From the NCBI GenBank assembly GCA_964016885.1, contig OZ024740.1:425320001-425384000 (forward strand): 64,000 nt of DNA, given 5' to 3'. A program made the translations under genes and the position numbers. Each line of letters starts with the position of its first letter. Within the stretch, counting starts at the first letter, position 1. The notes under the pieces were generated by a model. It did not search any database. It had not been told where the DNA came from and saw only the letters and a list, made by a program, of their open reading frames with translations. Of the stretch, positions 1 to 16,408 are shown piece by piece. Source of the stretch: Eledone cirrhosa (taxonomy: Eukaryota).

Positions 1-762
1 TTCATTCAACAGCATATTATTCATTTCTGCCCATTCGATAACAGCCAGTAGGTCTGACTGAAGGTAAGTCCAGTCACCCACCTCATTGATGACTCTTTGG
101 AGCTTGGAATCGTCTGCGAAGAATCTGATGTTGCTGTGCTTGATGATGTCAGTAATGTCATTAATGTAGATGATGAAAAGAAGTGGTCCCAACACAGTGC
201 CTTGTGGGACGCCACCACTGACTTTGGCAGGGGTTGATTTTACTCCTTGACTACAACATGCTGGGTTCTGCCTGTCAGGAAACATTTGATGAACTGTAGT
301 AACCTTCCAGAGGCACCAACAATGGATAGTTTTTTTCAGTAGAATCTTATGATCAACCCTGTCGAAGGCCTTGCTGAAATCAAGGTAGATGACATCAGTG
401 TTGGATCCCTCTCCCAAGGCTCTCAAAACATCGTCAAAGTGATGCAGGAGCTGCGTTAGGCAGTCCCTTCCATTACGGAACTCATATAGGATGGAGTTCA
501 GCAGGCCCTTGCTTTCGAGAAAGTTATTCGTGATCTCACCACACTCTCAAATACCTTGATAATATGAGAGGTGAGTGAGATCGGACGGTAGTTCACTGCA
601 AGGGACTTATTTCCCTTTTTGAAGACTGGGACAACGGACTGGGACAGAAGGTTTTCAGGAATATAGCCAGTGTCCAGTGAGTTCCTCCACAGATTAGCAA
701 GAGGAGATGCAAGTTAGTGTCGACACACCTTCAGGACACAAGCAGGGAACCTGTCGGGGACT

Positions 763-765
<3 letters not shown>
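1..765 (-). pseudogene. Decayed non-LTR retrotransposon reverse transcriptase fragment (CR1/L2-like), runs off window start
   Basis: Minus-strand translation gives VPVFKKGNKSLAVNYRPISLTSHIIKVFE, VIYLDFSKAFDRVDH, GVPQGTVLGPLLFIIYINDI and FFADDSKL, with stops/frameshifts; bounded by (TA)n. Confidence 0.9.
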
Positions 766-798
<33 letters not shown>

Positions 799-800
<2 letters not shown>

Positions 801-943
801 CAAAGGAATTGTGGTAAGGAAGCAGATGGACCAAAACGCACCAGAGTACTCAATACTTAGGGTAGTAGAGTGGGAAATAGGAAAAAGTATGACCCCGACA
901 GCAGAGCTCAAGCCGTTTCATACTTCGGGGTCATACTTTTTCC
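799..943. mobile_element. Short (TA)n-embedded fold-back element, family X copy 1 (inverted arm internally deleted)
   Basis: Near-identical to 20221-20412 and 46518-46706; ggaaaaagtatgaccccga...tcggggtcatactttttcc inverted repeat; (TA)n both sides. Confidence 0.8.
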
Positions 944-956
944 TATATATATATAT

Positions 957-1010
<54 letters not shown>

Positions 1011-1053
1011 ATATGTGTATATATATATATATATATACACATGTGTGTAATTG

Positions 1054-1095
<42 letters not shown>

Positions 1096-1098
<3 letters not shown>

Positions 1099-1510
1099 TA
1101 TGTATACGTACATATATATATGTATACAGACGTACAGTAGTATGTATATATATATATATATATATACATGCACACATATATACATGTACGTATGGATTCA
1201 CCGAACATTTATTATAATGCTCGGTGTGTTTGTAAACAAACATCCCGAATTAAGCCGTACAGTGTCTAGCAACCCTCGTTGCTCATTTGTTCAACACTGA
1301 CAAAGGAACGCTGTACTAGTTTCAAGCTTATTAGCTATCGTCAGCAACGTATACCTTCCTGCCAGATGATTGAACGTCTGAAAGTATATACTTTCCGTAT
1401 GCATATTAACAGCTGAGCAGCCTAATTTGCATATCGAGTGAGTTAATCGGCCGGGCGCACCGAAAACGATAAACGGAAAAAATGAAACGAAATTTCATTT
1501 CTCACTCTTA
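1096..1510 (-). mobile_element. Retrozyme-like monomer (428-bp subfamily), about one unit
   Basis: Homologous to 4486-5137 and to the 505-bp array at 57.3-60.2 kb; contains an HHR; flanked by TA repeats. Confidence 0.85.
1308..1350 (-). ncRNA. Minimal type I hammerhead ribozyme
   Basis: Minus strand: ACGUUG CUGACGA U AGCU aaua AGCU U GAAA CUAGU A CAGCGU; stem I 6 bp, stem II 4 bp, palindromic stem III ACUAGU, GUA site. Confidence 0.85.
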
Positions 1511-1612
1511 TGTAATATACCTATATATATATATATATATATATATACTCTTATGTAATATACCTATATATATAATATACCTATATATATATATATATAT
1601 ATATAAATATAG

Positions 1613-1663
1613 TTTCAGCGAGAATCGCATTTCGGCGTGTAGAAAAGGCGAAACGTAACGCAA
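1613..1663 (+). repeat. Fragment of the direct-repeat family at 60771/61386
   Basis: ttcagcgagaatcgcatttcgg...gcgaaacgtaacgcaa matches 60779-60829 and 61394-61444. Confidence 0.7.
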
Positions 1664-1677
1664 TATATATATATATA

Positions 1678-5137
<3,460 letters not shown>

Positions 5138-5158
5138 TTACATATAGATATATATGTG

Positions 5159-5217
<59 letters not shown>

Positions 5218-5436
5218 TGGGTTAGGGTTAGGTTTAGGGTTAATATATATATATATATATTACATATATATATATATATTACATATATATATATATATAT
5301 TACATATATATATATAGAGCCCTCTTTGGATTTCAGTCTTCAAATTTATTATTATTACTATATATAAAATATATATATATATATATGTATATGTATATAG
5401 ATATGTAATATATATATGTATGTAATATAGTTATAT

Positions 5437-5513
<77 letters not shown>

Positions 5514-5514
<1 letters not shown>

Positions 5515-5670
5515 TGCGGTGGATTTGCAATACCGGTAGGGCATCGGAGAACATACTTTACAGGACAGAGTTCAAATCCCGCCGAGGTTATTTATTCAAT
5601 TTTTATGTACAACGTCGATAAAATCAATTCATTTGTCGACTTTCCTCTTCTCAATAAAAGTAGAAACCAA
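5514..5670 (+). mobile_element. Degenerate tRNA-derived SINE
   Basis: B-box gagttcaaatcccgccgagg, gtcgataaaat core, aaagtagaaacc tail as in other copies. Confidence 0.7.
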
Positions 5671-5684
5671 TATGTATATAAACA

Positions 5685-5730
<46 letters not shown>

Positions 5731-6093
5731 TTATATATATTTATATAATGTATCTACATTATATATAAATTAATGTTATATATATATGCATGTATACATT
5801 CATATTATTAGTTTGGCTTAGCTATGCATTACCCAACCTCACTCATCTCACCTTCATTAGTGATCTGGTTTATCTAATAGTAACCTATCTTACCAGTGGT
5901 TAATAAAGAATTCTCAAATCATCACTTGTTATGGATGGTCGGTTTAACATGTCCTTACCAACCAATAGAACACTTATTAATTTCTGCTTGAGTGATTAAC
6001 TGCTTACCTATGAATATATACTCTACATATGGTATTGAACACGTTTTTCTGTATTTGTATACACTCCTGTAAATAAATGCTATGTTAAGGTAT

Positions 6094-6156
<63 letters not shown>

Positions 6157-6237
6157 GAGGTGAGTAATATTGTAGGAGAATAAAACTATGCATATATCAG
6201 ATAAGTAGCACTCGACATATATATATATAAAGAAGAA

Positions 6238-6462
6238 ATTAAAAGAAGGTTAAAAAAGTTCCATATATTTTATTATGCGCATTTCGAAAACAACATATGT
6301 AGACTGGACACTTTGTTGTTCGCAAGTGTTTTTAGGCCTCATATCATGTTACCTTATTTTATCTGAAGAGAACACAATTTTTGTCCCAGGATGATATTGT
6401 TTTCGAAATGCGCATAATAAAATATATGGAACTGTTTTAACCATCTTTTAATTCCTTCTTTA
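6238..6462 (+). mobile_element. Penelope-like terminal remnant with inverted duplication, in TA repeats
   Basis: ~6238-6297 is an imperfect reverse complement of ~6394-6462; contains an HHR. Confidence 0.7.
6355..6424 (+). ncRNA. Type I hammerhead ribozyme, dimer-type stem III
   Basis: UAUUUUAU CUGAAGA GAACACAAU...AUUGUUUUC GAAA UGCGCAU A AUAAAAUA; 8-bp stem I, palindrome AUGCGCAU, AUA site at 6414-6416. Confidence 0.8.
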
Positions 6463-6540
6463 TATATATATAATATGTATGATGATCATGTTTCTCAATA
6501 GATAACCTCAATTGACCTTGGTTCAGATCATCAATAATTC

Positions 6541-7087
6541 TAATTTAAAAGATATATTTAGAGAGAGAGAGTCATATATCGTTTGAGAAACGTAGTATTG
6601 TGTATATAATGCAAATAATATACAGGTAAAATTAAAGGCGGAAAAAGTCATATCTTTCTTACAGCCCTGTTTCATAATCCAAAATACCGAAGCAAATCGA
6701 TCTAAGTAATCGACTATCGATTACCAACTATCGATTTTGGTAAAGCAAAAGACGAGGAACTATGGTAAAGACAAGGAACTATTTATATGAGAAAATTGTC
6801 TTCCAATCTGTACAAGATACCTTTATATCTGTCGAGAGAGGCTGTCTAAGCTAACGTTGGCTTTACTACAATCGATAGTTGGTAATCGATAGGTGATAAC
6901 TTAGATCGATTTACTTCGTCTTTTTAAATTTATTATGAAACAGTACTGTAAGGAAGATATGACTTTTTTCACCTTAAAGTAAGTATTTTGTCCTGAATAT
7001 CAATTGCATTATATATTTGTACAACATACTGTGTTTCTCAAAAGATATATGACTCTTTCTCTCTCTCTAAATATATCTTTTAACTTA
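6541..7087. mobile_element. MITE/fold-back element with ~200-bp imperfect inverted repeats
   Basis: 6545-6747 mirrors 6859-7085 (e.g. ctatcgattaccaactatcgatt / aatcgatagttggtaatcgatag). Confidence 0.75.
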
Positions 7088-7121
7088 TATATATAATTTA
7101 AATTATATATATATAATTTAA

Positions 7122-7268
7122 AAGAGCAAGACCGAGGTTAACATATGTTGATGCCCTATGGACAGACACTGGTCCCTTGGAGAAGCAGGACATGGCAGCG
7201 ATAATAAGGGACATAGACCGCTGGAGAGAACTCGTCCATGGATCTCGGGAATTTTACCCGCCCTAGAC
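7122..7268 (+). mobile_element. 3' end fragment of an RTE-like LINE
   Basis: Translates RARPRLTYVDALWTDTG...AAIIRDIDRWRELV, resembling RTE-clade C-termini. Confidence 0.55.
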
Positions 7269-7298
7269 ATATATATATATATAATATAATATAGAATT

Positions 7299-7350
7299 GG
7301 CTTCTACAGGACTAGAACTGTTTCATTTGGGAGAAATCATCAAGAAAGCC
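7299..7350 (-). ncRNA. Degenerate hammerhead (UUGAUGA core), same family as 24453/24530, in a remnant extending to ~7545
   Basis: GGCUUUC UUGAUGA uuucucccaaau GAAACAG uucuaguc CUGUA GAAGCC; stem III identical to the 24.5-kb HHR. Confidence 0.65.
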
Positions 7351-7563
7351 GACTGTCAATGTAATATGGTGGTGTTTATACATTTTCTGGTGGTAGGAGA
7401 GGGTGGTTATTTGGGATGGAGTGGAGGTCATTGGCTGATGGATTTAAAGAATGGGGATTCTTTAAAAAACTATATTTAGAGAAAATACATAGTGATACAA
7501 AGGCAGAAGTAAATTTACGCTAAGTACCTATAGACAAACACAAACATATAATTATATTATATT

Positions 7564-7740
7564 GCGGTGAATTGGCAGTATCGGTAGAGGGTCTGACGCC
7601 ATGCTTTGCAGCAAAGGGTTACGGCCTTTTATGGTCCGAGATTAACTTTTCCTTTCATCCCTACGGGGTCGATAAAATAAAGTTCCAGTAGTGTACTGGG
7701 TGATTGTTGGTTGGTATTGTGCCAAAAGTAGAAACAATTA
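7564..7740 (+). mobile_element. tRNA-derived SINE
   Basis: A-box-like tggcagtatcggtag, core cctttcatccctacggggtcgataaaataaag, tail gtgccaaaagtagaaac. Confidence 0.85.
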
Positions 7741-7746
7741 TAATAT

Positions 7747-7888
7747 ATTGTTTCTACTTTTGGCACAAGGCCAGCAATTACCCAGTACATTACTGGTACT
7801 TTATTTTATCGACCCCGTAAGGATGAAAGGCAAAGTTGACCTCGGCGGGATTTTGAACTCAGAATGGAAAGGGCCGTAATTCTATGCA
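7747..7888 (-). mobile_element. tRNA-derived SINE, 5'-truncated, tail-to-tail with the previous copy
   Basis: Reverse complement of the same SINE sequence including the B box. Confidence 0.85.
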
Positions 7889-7940
7889 TATATATATATA
7901 TATATATATATTCATTTTTATTAAGGCTAAATAGTGAGTC

Positions 7941-7987
7941 TTCTTATTGTGAAGTTTCGCCTGTTTGTCGCAGTCATCAGATAAAAA
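7941..7987 (-). ncRNA. Decayed hammerhead-like motif followed by AATAAA
   Basis: UUUUUAU CUGAUGA cugcgacaaacaggc GAAA cuucaca AUAAGAA; 7-bp stem I intact but the UH site is mutated. Confidence 0.5.
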
Positions 7988-8280
7988 CTAACATTTAATA
8001 GAAGACACTGTATAAATAAAGACTCACTGGAAGGGGGAATTAATATAGCGTAAACAAGGTAGGAATGGCAGCTAGGGGGCGGGGGGGGGGGGTCATATAA
8101 CCTTCAGAGTAACAAGTCTCACTACTTAGCTTCAACAAAATGGATATTTAAACTTTACTTCGGTACGAAGTACTCTTTTCTCTCAGCCGTCAACACACAC
8201 ACAAATATATATATAATATATATATATATTTATATATATATATATACACATGCACACACGACACGTACAGCACACGCACA

Positions 8281-8351
<71 letters not shown>

Positions 8352-8842
8352 ATACGTAAAATCCCAAAGCGAATAACTTCAGTTTAACCTTTTATTCATT
8401 CACATTTCTTACCCCTCATAAATGATCCGACAGTGCAAGTGAACACTACAAACTGCATATGAAAATACAAAGATAAATGTCATATATTTAATTCGCAAAT
8501 TACTATTGCATAAAATATAATATAAATTTGTGTTTCTTTCTATATAATGTTACTCATAATACAATTCAAATGTGGTTGCTTGTCCCGCGCTCGACCTTCT
8601 GAAAAAAGATACTGTATGTCGTCTTCCCATGACACTCCTGGTACCAAAATACGAAGAATTATTAACACCTCTTACCTACAACATTGGGATTTCTGAACCA
8701 TAGAATGTGGTAGAAGATGATTACCCAATGTGGGGTTACAGTATGATCAAATCTGGTATCACGCCACTGGGAAGCGAACTACTAGACCACATAACTAGGA
8801 TTGCGTCTCTGTGCTTTTGTACAGTTGGCTCAGGATGTACAA

Positions 8843-8927
<85 letters not shown>

Positions 8928-9654
8928 GGAATTTTACCTCTATCTATTTCTCTCTCTCTCTCTCTTTATATATATATATATATATGTGTGGGTCAGGGTG
9001 TACGGCTTTTCCTATATCTTTGCTTTGCTAAATATTTCTTTGTGTATGCTTGTATGAGTAATTCGGATACTTGGAATCCTTGAACAGATAATCCATCCTT
9101 CTTATCGTAGAGATAGAGAGTTGGGAGAGGGAGAATTAGAGAGTGAGCGAGTGAGAGAGAGATGGAGAGAGAGAGAAGAGAAAAGAGAAAAGAGAAAAGA
9201 GAAAAGAGAAAAGATAAAAGAGAGAAATTGAAAGAGATCCACTATACTTCTCTACATCACAATTCTGTCATACATACATTGTAATGGCGACTTTTACATA
9301 TCTCTGATCCATTACAATGCCCAGGATCACTACAGGCATTCATTTTGTTTTCTATGTTTCTGTGATCCATCGTTACAGCATACAATCATATTATGTAACT
9401 CATTCTGTTTCAATCGATTCGACAGTGATTTGAAAATGTAATAGCTTTCTCTTTCTCTGAGTTGTACGACTTACCAAAGGAATAGCTTTTATCACTCAAT
9501 ACCATCTCATGCCATTCCAGTACCTATTTTGTCTTGTATCTAGTGCACTCTGTATTACGAGACAGACGAGAGATTATGTAACTAGTTTCTTTAAATTACT
9601 TATTATTATCATTACTGTTGTTGTTGTTGCTCATATTATTATTATTGTTATTTG

Positions 9655-9802
9655 TTATATTTATGTATAGTTTATTTTATATCTTCATTGTTAAATAAGT
9701 CTTGACATTGTACACTTTTACTTGACCTTATTGTAAACCCCCACTGTCCCTGTCTTTGTATTGTCCTCTACATGTTGGCCCTTGTGGCTAATAAATGAAA
9801 TC
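9655..9802 (+). mobile_element. 3'UTR-only fragment of a Tx1-like LINE ending in (ATT)n
   Basis: Matches ~17072-17222; aataaatgaaatc then attattatt. Confidence 0.8.
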
Positions 9803-10036
9803 ATTATTATTATTATTATTATTGAATGCTATGGTTGACGGAGGCTCGGCTCTGTAAGGTATTGTAAATTTTGACCGCTATAACAATTGTAAATTGTTTA
9901 AAACTAACCAACTTGTAGACAAAAACACCCTCCTCCTTGTGAGAGGTGTCTTTCTGCCCGTTATTTGGCCCTTCGGGGTTAAATAACCGCTTATTGGGGT
10001 TTTGTGCCAAATATTTATTTTAAACAAAAAAACAAC

Positions 10037-10416
10037 ATGGCTACGAAAAAGAATTTTCATAGGTCACTCCCACTCATTCCGTCTTCTTTTTCCTCAATCG
10101 TCACTACAGCAGAGAGAAGATTGTCTCTCTCCCTCCCTTCTCTAAATGTGTCTCTCTCCCTCTCTTCTCTTTCGCAAGCGACGCCAGAAAAGAAAAATCA
10201 CGTGCAAAGCGAGCAAGATTTCTCCACGACCACGACGACAACGACGAAAAAGGTGTGCGGGAAATACGAAAACCCATTTCATTCGTCAGACGTCAGGAAT
10301 AATAGCAGTAGCAGCCGTAATAACAGCAGCAACAGTGACAAGGAAAACAACAGTAGCAGCCGCAACAGCATCAGCAGCAGCATAAACAACAACAGCATCA
10401 GCAGCAGCAACAACAA

Positions 10417-10454
<38 letters not shown>

Positions 10455-12175
10455 ACAACAACAACCACAGCAACAGCGGCGGCGGCAGTAGTCGTAGTAC
10501 TGCAGCAACAACAAAAGTAACAGCAGCTCTGACGACAACAACAGCAGCAAAGAAAAACCAATCTCATTTGCAGGTATCGCAAAGAACCTGGAAACCATCC
10601 TCATAACAAATGAGGAATTAAAGGAAGCGAAGAAGATGGTGACAAAATATGGACACCGACCAATCTGCAAGGCAGCCGAAAAGTTTTTCGAAACCCAACA
10701 GCACGGAACGGTCTCGTACCGTACAGTAAGTACAAAATCCCGTAGGGTTGAAAGAGCCACAGAGGCTCAAATACAAAAAGCCTTGGGGTCTGTGTGGCAG
10801 CGGAAAACGCACATCACCCGAGGCAAGAAATATGCCACCGTAGACGTACTTTTTGCCACACCCCAGGAGGCAAAGGCTCAATCCTTAGTGACCCTAAGGA
10901 GCGAGGAAATGGTGTTGGTGTCCTCCTACTGCGGGCAAAAAATAGTGAGGGTCAAACTGACCCCCCCCCCCGGGATGGCCCCTTCTTGGCTGGCGGCGTC
11001 TGTCCTCGTCGGAATCGAGGACAAAACAACTGTACTGCAAGTACAGAAAAAAGTAAGAGAAGATTGGGTCGGCACCTCTATTGAGATGTTAATCCAAACC
11101 AACCAGGAGTGCATCGAAGCTATCCCGGATGTGATAGACTTCGATAACGGCACTCAACTGCCCATAAGTGTTGAGGGCAAACGCCCGAAATGCTTTCGCT
11201 GTTGATCGAAGACTCACCTCAGGGCCTTCTGCAACGAGAAGACCCTGAGAAAGGAGAAAACCCTCCACCTTCCGAAACCGGCTCCACGGCTACCAGCAAC
11301 AGGACAAGCGGCAACCAGGAACGATAGGTCCGTGGCACCCATACCCACGCCACGGAAATCAAAAACAGCAGCAGCAGTGGAAGTATTAACAACAACAACA
11401 GCAATACCAAATGCAGCTGCAACAGAGACTCCAGTGCAAACATCACCAACAACAACAAGTGAAAGAGTGGAGCTGGTACACCTCCCCGACCTCACAGAAT
11501 CAGACATGGAGTGTGAGGTGGGAGAGGGATGGCAAAAGGTCGTAAGAAGGCACAAACGCAGAAGCAGCGCATCGTCGCCTTCGAAAAGGTAGGAAAGAAA
11601 TGAAAAAAGGGTAAAGGCTACTGCAAAGAGACTCAGAGCAGCAACACCACCAACACCATCGCCACCCACACTAGCACCACCATCACCACCGGCGACAACC
11701 CCACCGCCAACAACAACAACACCTTCAACACCACCACCACAAGCACCAACATCGCAAACACAACAACAAAACACACACACCCAGCAACAACGACAAGAAA
11801 TAGCAGAACTACCCCCACCCCCAGAAAAACAGATGCACGGCAATAAATACACACAACAAGAAACTAATGACTTACATAATTGAACACACAGACATTTCAC
11901 AACACGACTACATAATACCAGCACCAATCAAAACGCCAACTAACATAAGACTGCTAAAAATGGCACAGAAACAATACACGAACATTAAAACGAAATTCCC
12001 CAACGCAGTTGGTGATTTCAGAGACCTAGGAGGGACTCTCAACCGAAGAGTATATTCGGACATACTCATAGAAGAGCCGACGACCAACCGAAGGGACGAT
12101 TCAACGGTCCCTTCACTAGACGATCAAGTGAAAAGGGATGGAAAAGCCATCCCTCCTCTACGAAAAGTACGGTAA
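10037..12175 (+). pseudogene. Element A ORF1 (gag-like with CCHC knuckle), disrupted
   Basis: VEGKRPKCFRC*SKTHLRAFC aligns with VEGRRPACYLCMERGHVKANC of element C ORF1; stops at 11203 and 11590; frameshifts. Confidence 0.8.
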
Positions 12176-12210
12176 GTGGTCTTTCCCATCTTTTCCACTC
12201 TATCTTAAAC

Positions 12211-15200
12211 ATGCCCTCACTCAGAATAGGCAGCATAAATGCGCGTGGCTTGGGGTCGTCATGGAAGCAGGGTCACCTGCTCAACGACCTCAGGTCACTA
12301 AACATAGATGTAGTGGCCACCAGCGAGACCAGAATCTCCGAAGCACGGGCCTTCGCACCGATCTTCGGCGGCTACGATGTGTACGCATCTCCCAGCCATC
12401 CTGGATCGGGGGGAGGAGTTGCTATGCTTTTTCGGAGGGGTTTGGATCTCGCCATACGGGCCATCTTCCTGAACCCAGAGGGTAAGTTGGTGATGCTGGA
12501 CGTGACCAGAGGAGACGGGAAAGCTTTCAGGCTAGTGGCCGTCTATGCCCCGACAGGAGCAGGGCAGCCTGATTTCTTCCGGCGTCTGGAGAACTTTCTT
12601 GGAACGTCCCGCCCTTTAGTGTTAGTGGGCGACTGGAACGGGATCTTAGAAGCACGCTGGGACTGTGTGGGATTAGCGGATATAGGAGGAGGGTGCAAGA
12701 GCCTCACCAACCTGCTCAGGCGTTTTGAACTGTCTGACAGGTACCGATTGGATTTCCCGAATGTGCCAATCTGGACTTGGACAAATCGCATAGGTCATCC
12801 AGATCATATCTAGATAGAGAATTTTGTAGGGAAATAGATAGCTCTAGCATAGGCTGTCCACAATTCAAGATAGTCAGCTACACGGACCACAAATTCGTGA
12901 TCTGTGTGCTTGACTTAGATAGGCTTCATAGACGAGGACCCGGCTACTGGAAGCTAAGCGCGTCCTTACCAGCGCGCAAGGCCTACAGAGACCGGATTAG
13001 CGAACTAGTTAAGCGGGCGTTGACGGGGGTCATCGTCAACAACAAGTGGTGGTTTGCTCTGAAAAGAGCGATTAGAATAGAATCGATTAGGTTTAGTAAG
13101 GCTCTAGCAATAGAGAAAAATAGAGCAGAGGGAGAACTAGTTAGAAAATTAGACGAGACGCTTAGCAAAGGCATCGCGACCGACGTACTTGCGGCGAAAT
13201 TGGCCCTTGACCTATTCTTCAATGCAAAGCACGAAGGCTGCGTTGTCAGAGCAAGGGTGCGTGCTCTCAGACACGAGGGGACAAAAGCCGTTCAATGGGG
13301 CCGAGTGGTTGAGGCGCGTCGTGGAAACAAAGCCACGATCCGGTCTCTGGTGGACCACGACGAGCGCATGCTACTCGATCCAGGGCAAATGTGTGAAGCT
13401 TTTCAGCGACACTTTGCACAGCTGTTCTGGGTCAGCGGCGGGCCGGATCGAGGGATGGACTTTAGTGTCTACCTCGACGGACTGCCACGGCTCTCGGCCA
13501 CTGAGGCGGAGTGTTGCGAAAAGCCGACAACAGCCGCTGAAGTACGGGAGGCAATGACTGGCTGCACAAGGGGTAAATCGCCTGGTTTGGATGGTCTGCC
13601 CTATGAATTTTACGTACAGATGCCAGACTTGTTCGGAGGCCTCTTGGCGTCTACTGCAACTGGCAACAGAACGGGAGAATTCCCAGCTCTGTGAGCCAAG
13701 GAGCTGTGGCGCTGCTGAGAAAGGATCCGAACAAGGGGGATAACATAGATAATTTTAGGCCCAGAATTCTGCTAAACACACAGTTCAAGATTTTGGCCAA
13801 GGTGCTAGCAAAGAGGTTGGCGCTTTTCGTTGGTGGTCTGGTGGGAGAGGCGTAGACATGCGCCATTCCCGACAGATCCATCCACGACAACCTCCACCTC
13901 ATGCGATACATCGTAGAGACGGTAGCTAGGGAACCTGGCACGGTTGGTTTCTTGATCAATTTAGATCAGTCGAAAGCTTTCACTAGGGTCGACCATAGTT
14001 ACCTAGCGGCAGTCCTGAGGGCGGCTGGCTTTGGGATTATCTTCAGAGGCTGGATCGCTGCCATGCACAGCGACATCTGCTCTGTGGTGAGAGTGAACGG
14101 TCACCTTTCGGAACCGTTCAACATCATGCGCCCGGTCTGCCAAGGATGTCCCCTCTCGTCCCTCTTGTACGTATTGACTCTCGAACCATTACTGCACAAA
14201 TTGGAGACGTTGAGGGAGTCCCGCGCGAACTAGGATGCGGAAGATCCGTGTCAGCATATGCGGGCGATGTCACCGTAGTGGTGTCGAACGCCAAACACAT
14301 CGAGGCGATCGGCACTACACTAAGAGAATACGAAGCGGTGACAGGAGCAATGATCAACCAGGAAAAGTCAGTGGGCCTGCAGCTCGGCACCTGGAGAGGC
14401 AGGTCCATGTCGTCCAACAGCGTCGTCGGGCGCTGGACGGACGGACCGGTTAAATTGCTCAGGGTCTGGTTCGATCCGGATCTCCAGACAGACAAAAACT
14501 GGGCCGAGGTGACGAGCAGGGTGGCTTCTCTCACCCAGAAATGGGCCGAGAGTAAGCTATCCCTGAAAGGTCGACCGGAGGTGGCTAACGCGTATATCGC
14601 ATCCGTCATCTACTACCGCCTGACCGTCGTACCTTGTCCTAAGCCCCGCCTGACTGCGCTGGAGCGTTTGCTCTTTCGCTTTTTGTGGAAGGGACGCGCT
14701 CCGATGGTCAGGCGGTCCATCTGCTGTCAACACCCGCTACGTGGAGGGCTGGGAATGCCGTGGCTGATGATGCGCAGACACGCGCTCAGGCTACGACATC
14801 TCCACCTCTTCCTCGACGGTGATCAGGTGTGGTCGCCGTTTGCTAGATGCGTCTTTCCCCAGCTCGTCTCCTTGACGGAGCTGCAGTCCTGGGTCAAGCG
14901 AAGACCGAGAGGGAGCGCTTGGAGACTGGAATGTCTTCAAGCGCTCACAGCCCTCGACCAATCGGGCAATGTGATCGGTGGAAACTCCACCTTGGCGTTC
15001 TATAGAGGATTAGTGGAGGGGAAGAACGACGACGTATTTGGGGAAACTCTAGGCGTCGACGAAAATCAACTAGCCAATCTCTTCGGAAGGACTTTCGGGC
15101 CGGGGCCTATGGACAACTTCCAGAAATCTCTGGCCTGGCAGTGCTACCGAGGAGCTTTGCCTGTTCGAGATAAACTCTACAGGCATGGAGGTGCCGTCAA

Positions 15201-15618
15201 CCGGTCATGTCCGAGATGCGCGCAGGGCGACGAAACCGTCCTGCACGCACTCGTCCAGTGTCCGAGCATTGCTGACTTGTGGGTTTATTTCGAACGCCTG
15301 CTGTCGCGTGTAGGACGGATCCAGCTATCAGCTGAGTCCATCGTGAGGATTGCCCCGCCCTCTTCCTTTAGCCGGGAAGGGCAGGCAGTTTTTATCTGTC
15401 TGGTGGCCATGGCGAAAGAGATAGTATGGTGGACACGTTTGAAAGGTCTGAAGACGAACACTTACCTTTTCGGTGATGCCCTGATTAATTTTTTCAAATT
15501 TCATTTGAAAAGGAAAATCAGGGTAGAAAGGGAAGTGATCTCCTCCCAGCATTTTGTTTGAAAGATGGGTGAGAGACGCAAGAATGGCCCGAGTGATACT
15601 CTGAGTATGTGTCTGTAA
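12211..15618 (+). pseudogene. Element A ORF2 (APE endonuclease + RT + C-terminal zinc finger), frameshifted
   Basis: SINARGL, SETR, GDWN, YTDHK, KSPGLDG, DQSKAF, QGCPLS, YAGD (mutated YADD), CPRC..H..C spread over several frames. Confidence 0.92.
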
Positions 15619-15914
15619 ATTAAAGGTGGAAAACTGGGAGAGGGCACTTGCCCTGGTGGTCAGGGTCACTGTGGCTTTTTAATGGGCTTTCTCCACGAAT
15701 GTCCCGCGGACGTCTCCCCCCTATTGGGGAATTTTTTCATTGTTCTATTATTACATCCACTGCTTCTTGTTTTTTACACGCAGAATGCCCATTTGTACCG
15801 TCCTGTATTGTCCTGTACTGTCCTTAATGTCTACTTTATGTAAGCCCTTGTGGTTAATAAAGAAAGCGTTGTTATGTTGTTGTTGTTGTTATTATTACTA
15901 ATATTATTATTATT

Positions 15915-16380
15915 GTTGTTCTTTGAGTCACAGTCATTGATGTTATTTAACTGGAAAGTTTGTTGAAATGAATATCAAGCCACTACCTGCAGCCTCAGAT
16001 ATTCAGGACGTATCGGAGGGTTCTTGCTGTTCCCAGCAAGCATGCCTTTTGAAGTGTTCCAAAAAGCGGGGCGGGACCAATTTTTTTAACCATCCCTGGA
16101 AACTCTTTGAGATAGTACCTAATGCGCCTATGACAATCGGGACCACTTTGACTTCATGGCAGTTCCAAATCCTTTTTACCTCCCACTTTAAGTCCTGGTA
16201 TCGGTTAATTTTTTCCCTCTTCTTCTCTTGCACTCTCGTGTTGAATGGGCAGGCCACACCCACAATCAGGCACGATCTTTTTTCCTGTGTTCCAGTTTCT
16301 TGTCCGTCTGTATGCTAAAATCCCAGAGTACCTTCACCTGATCGTTTTCTATCACCGAATCTGGTTATGCTCATACCACT
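15915..16380 (-). mobile_element. 3' fragment of an R4/Dong-like LINE (restriction-like endonuclease C-terminus) in (TAA)n
   Basis: VACPFNTRVQEKKREKINRYQDLKWEVKRIW..VVPIVIGALG; TAA-type repeats at both ends, the known Dong/Rex6 target. Confidence 0.8.
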
Positions 16381-16408
16381 TATTATTATTACTATTATTA
16401 TTATTATT

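Larger units (their letters stand above)
9822..15867 (+). mobile_element. Full-length decayed Tx1-like (L1 group) LINE, element A, between (TTA)n and (TTG/TTA)n
   Basis: 5'UTR, ORF1, ORF2, 3'UTR with AATAAA at 15856 followed directly by microsatellite. Confidence 0.9.

Noticed and set aside
5217-5242. TTAGGG-like telomeric repeats
   Set aside because: Only about four imperfect units inside a TA tract; insufficient to call
11203-11205. TGA next to a Cys in the ORF1 zinc knuckle as possible selenocysteine
   Set aside because: It is not at a metal-ligand position and the element has many other disabling mutations
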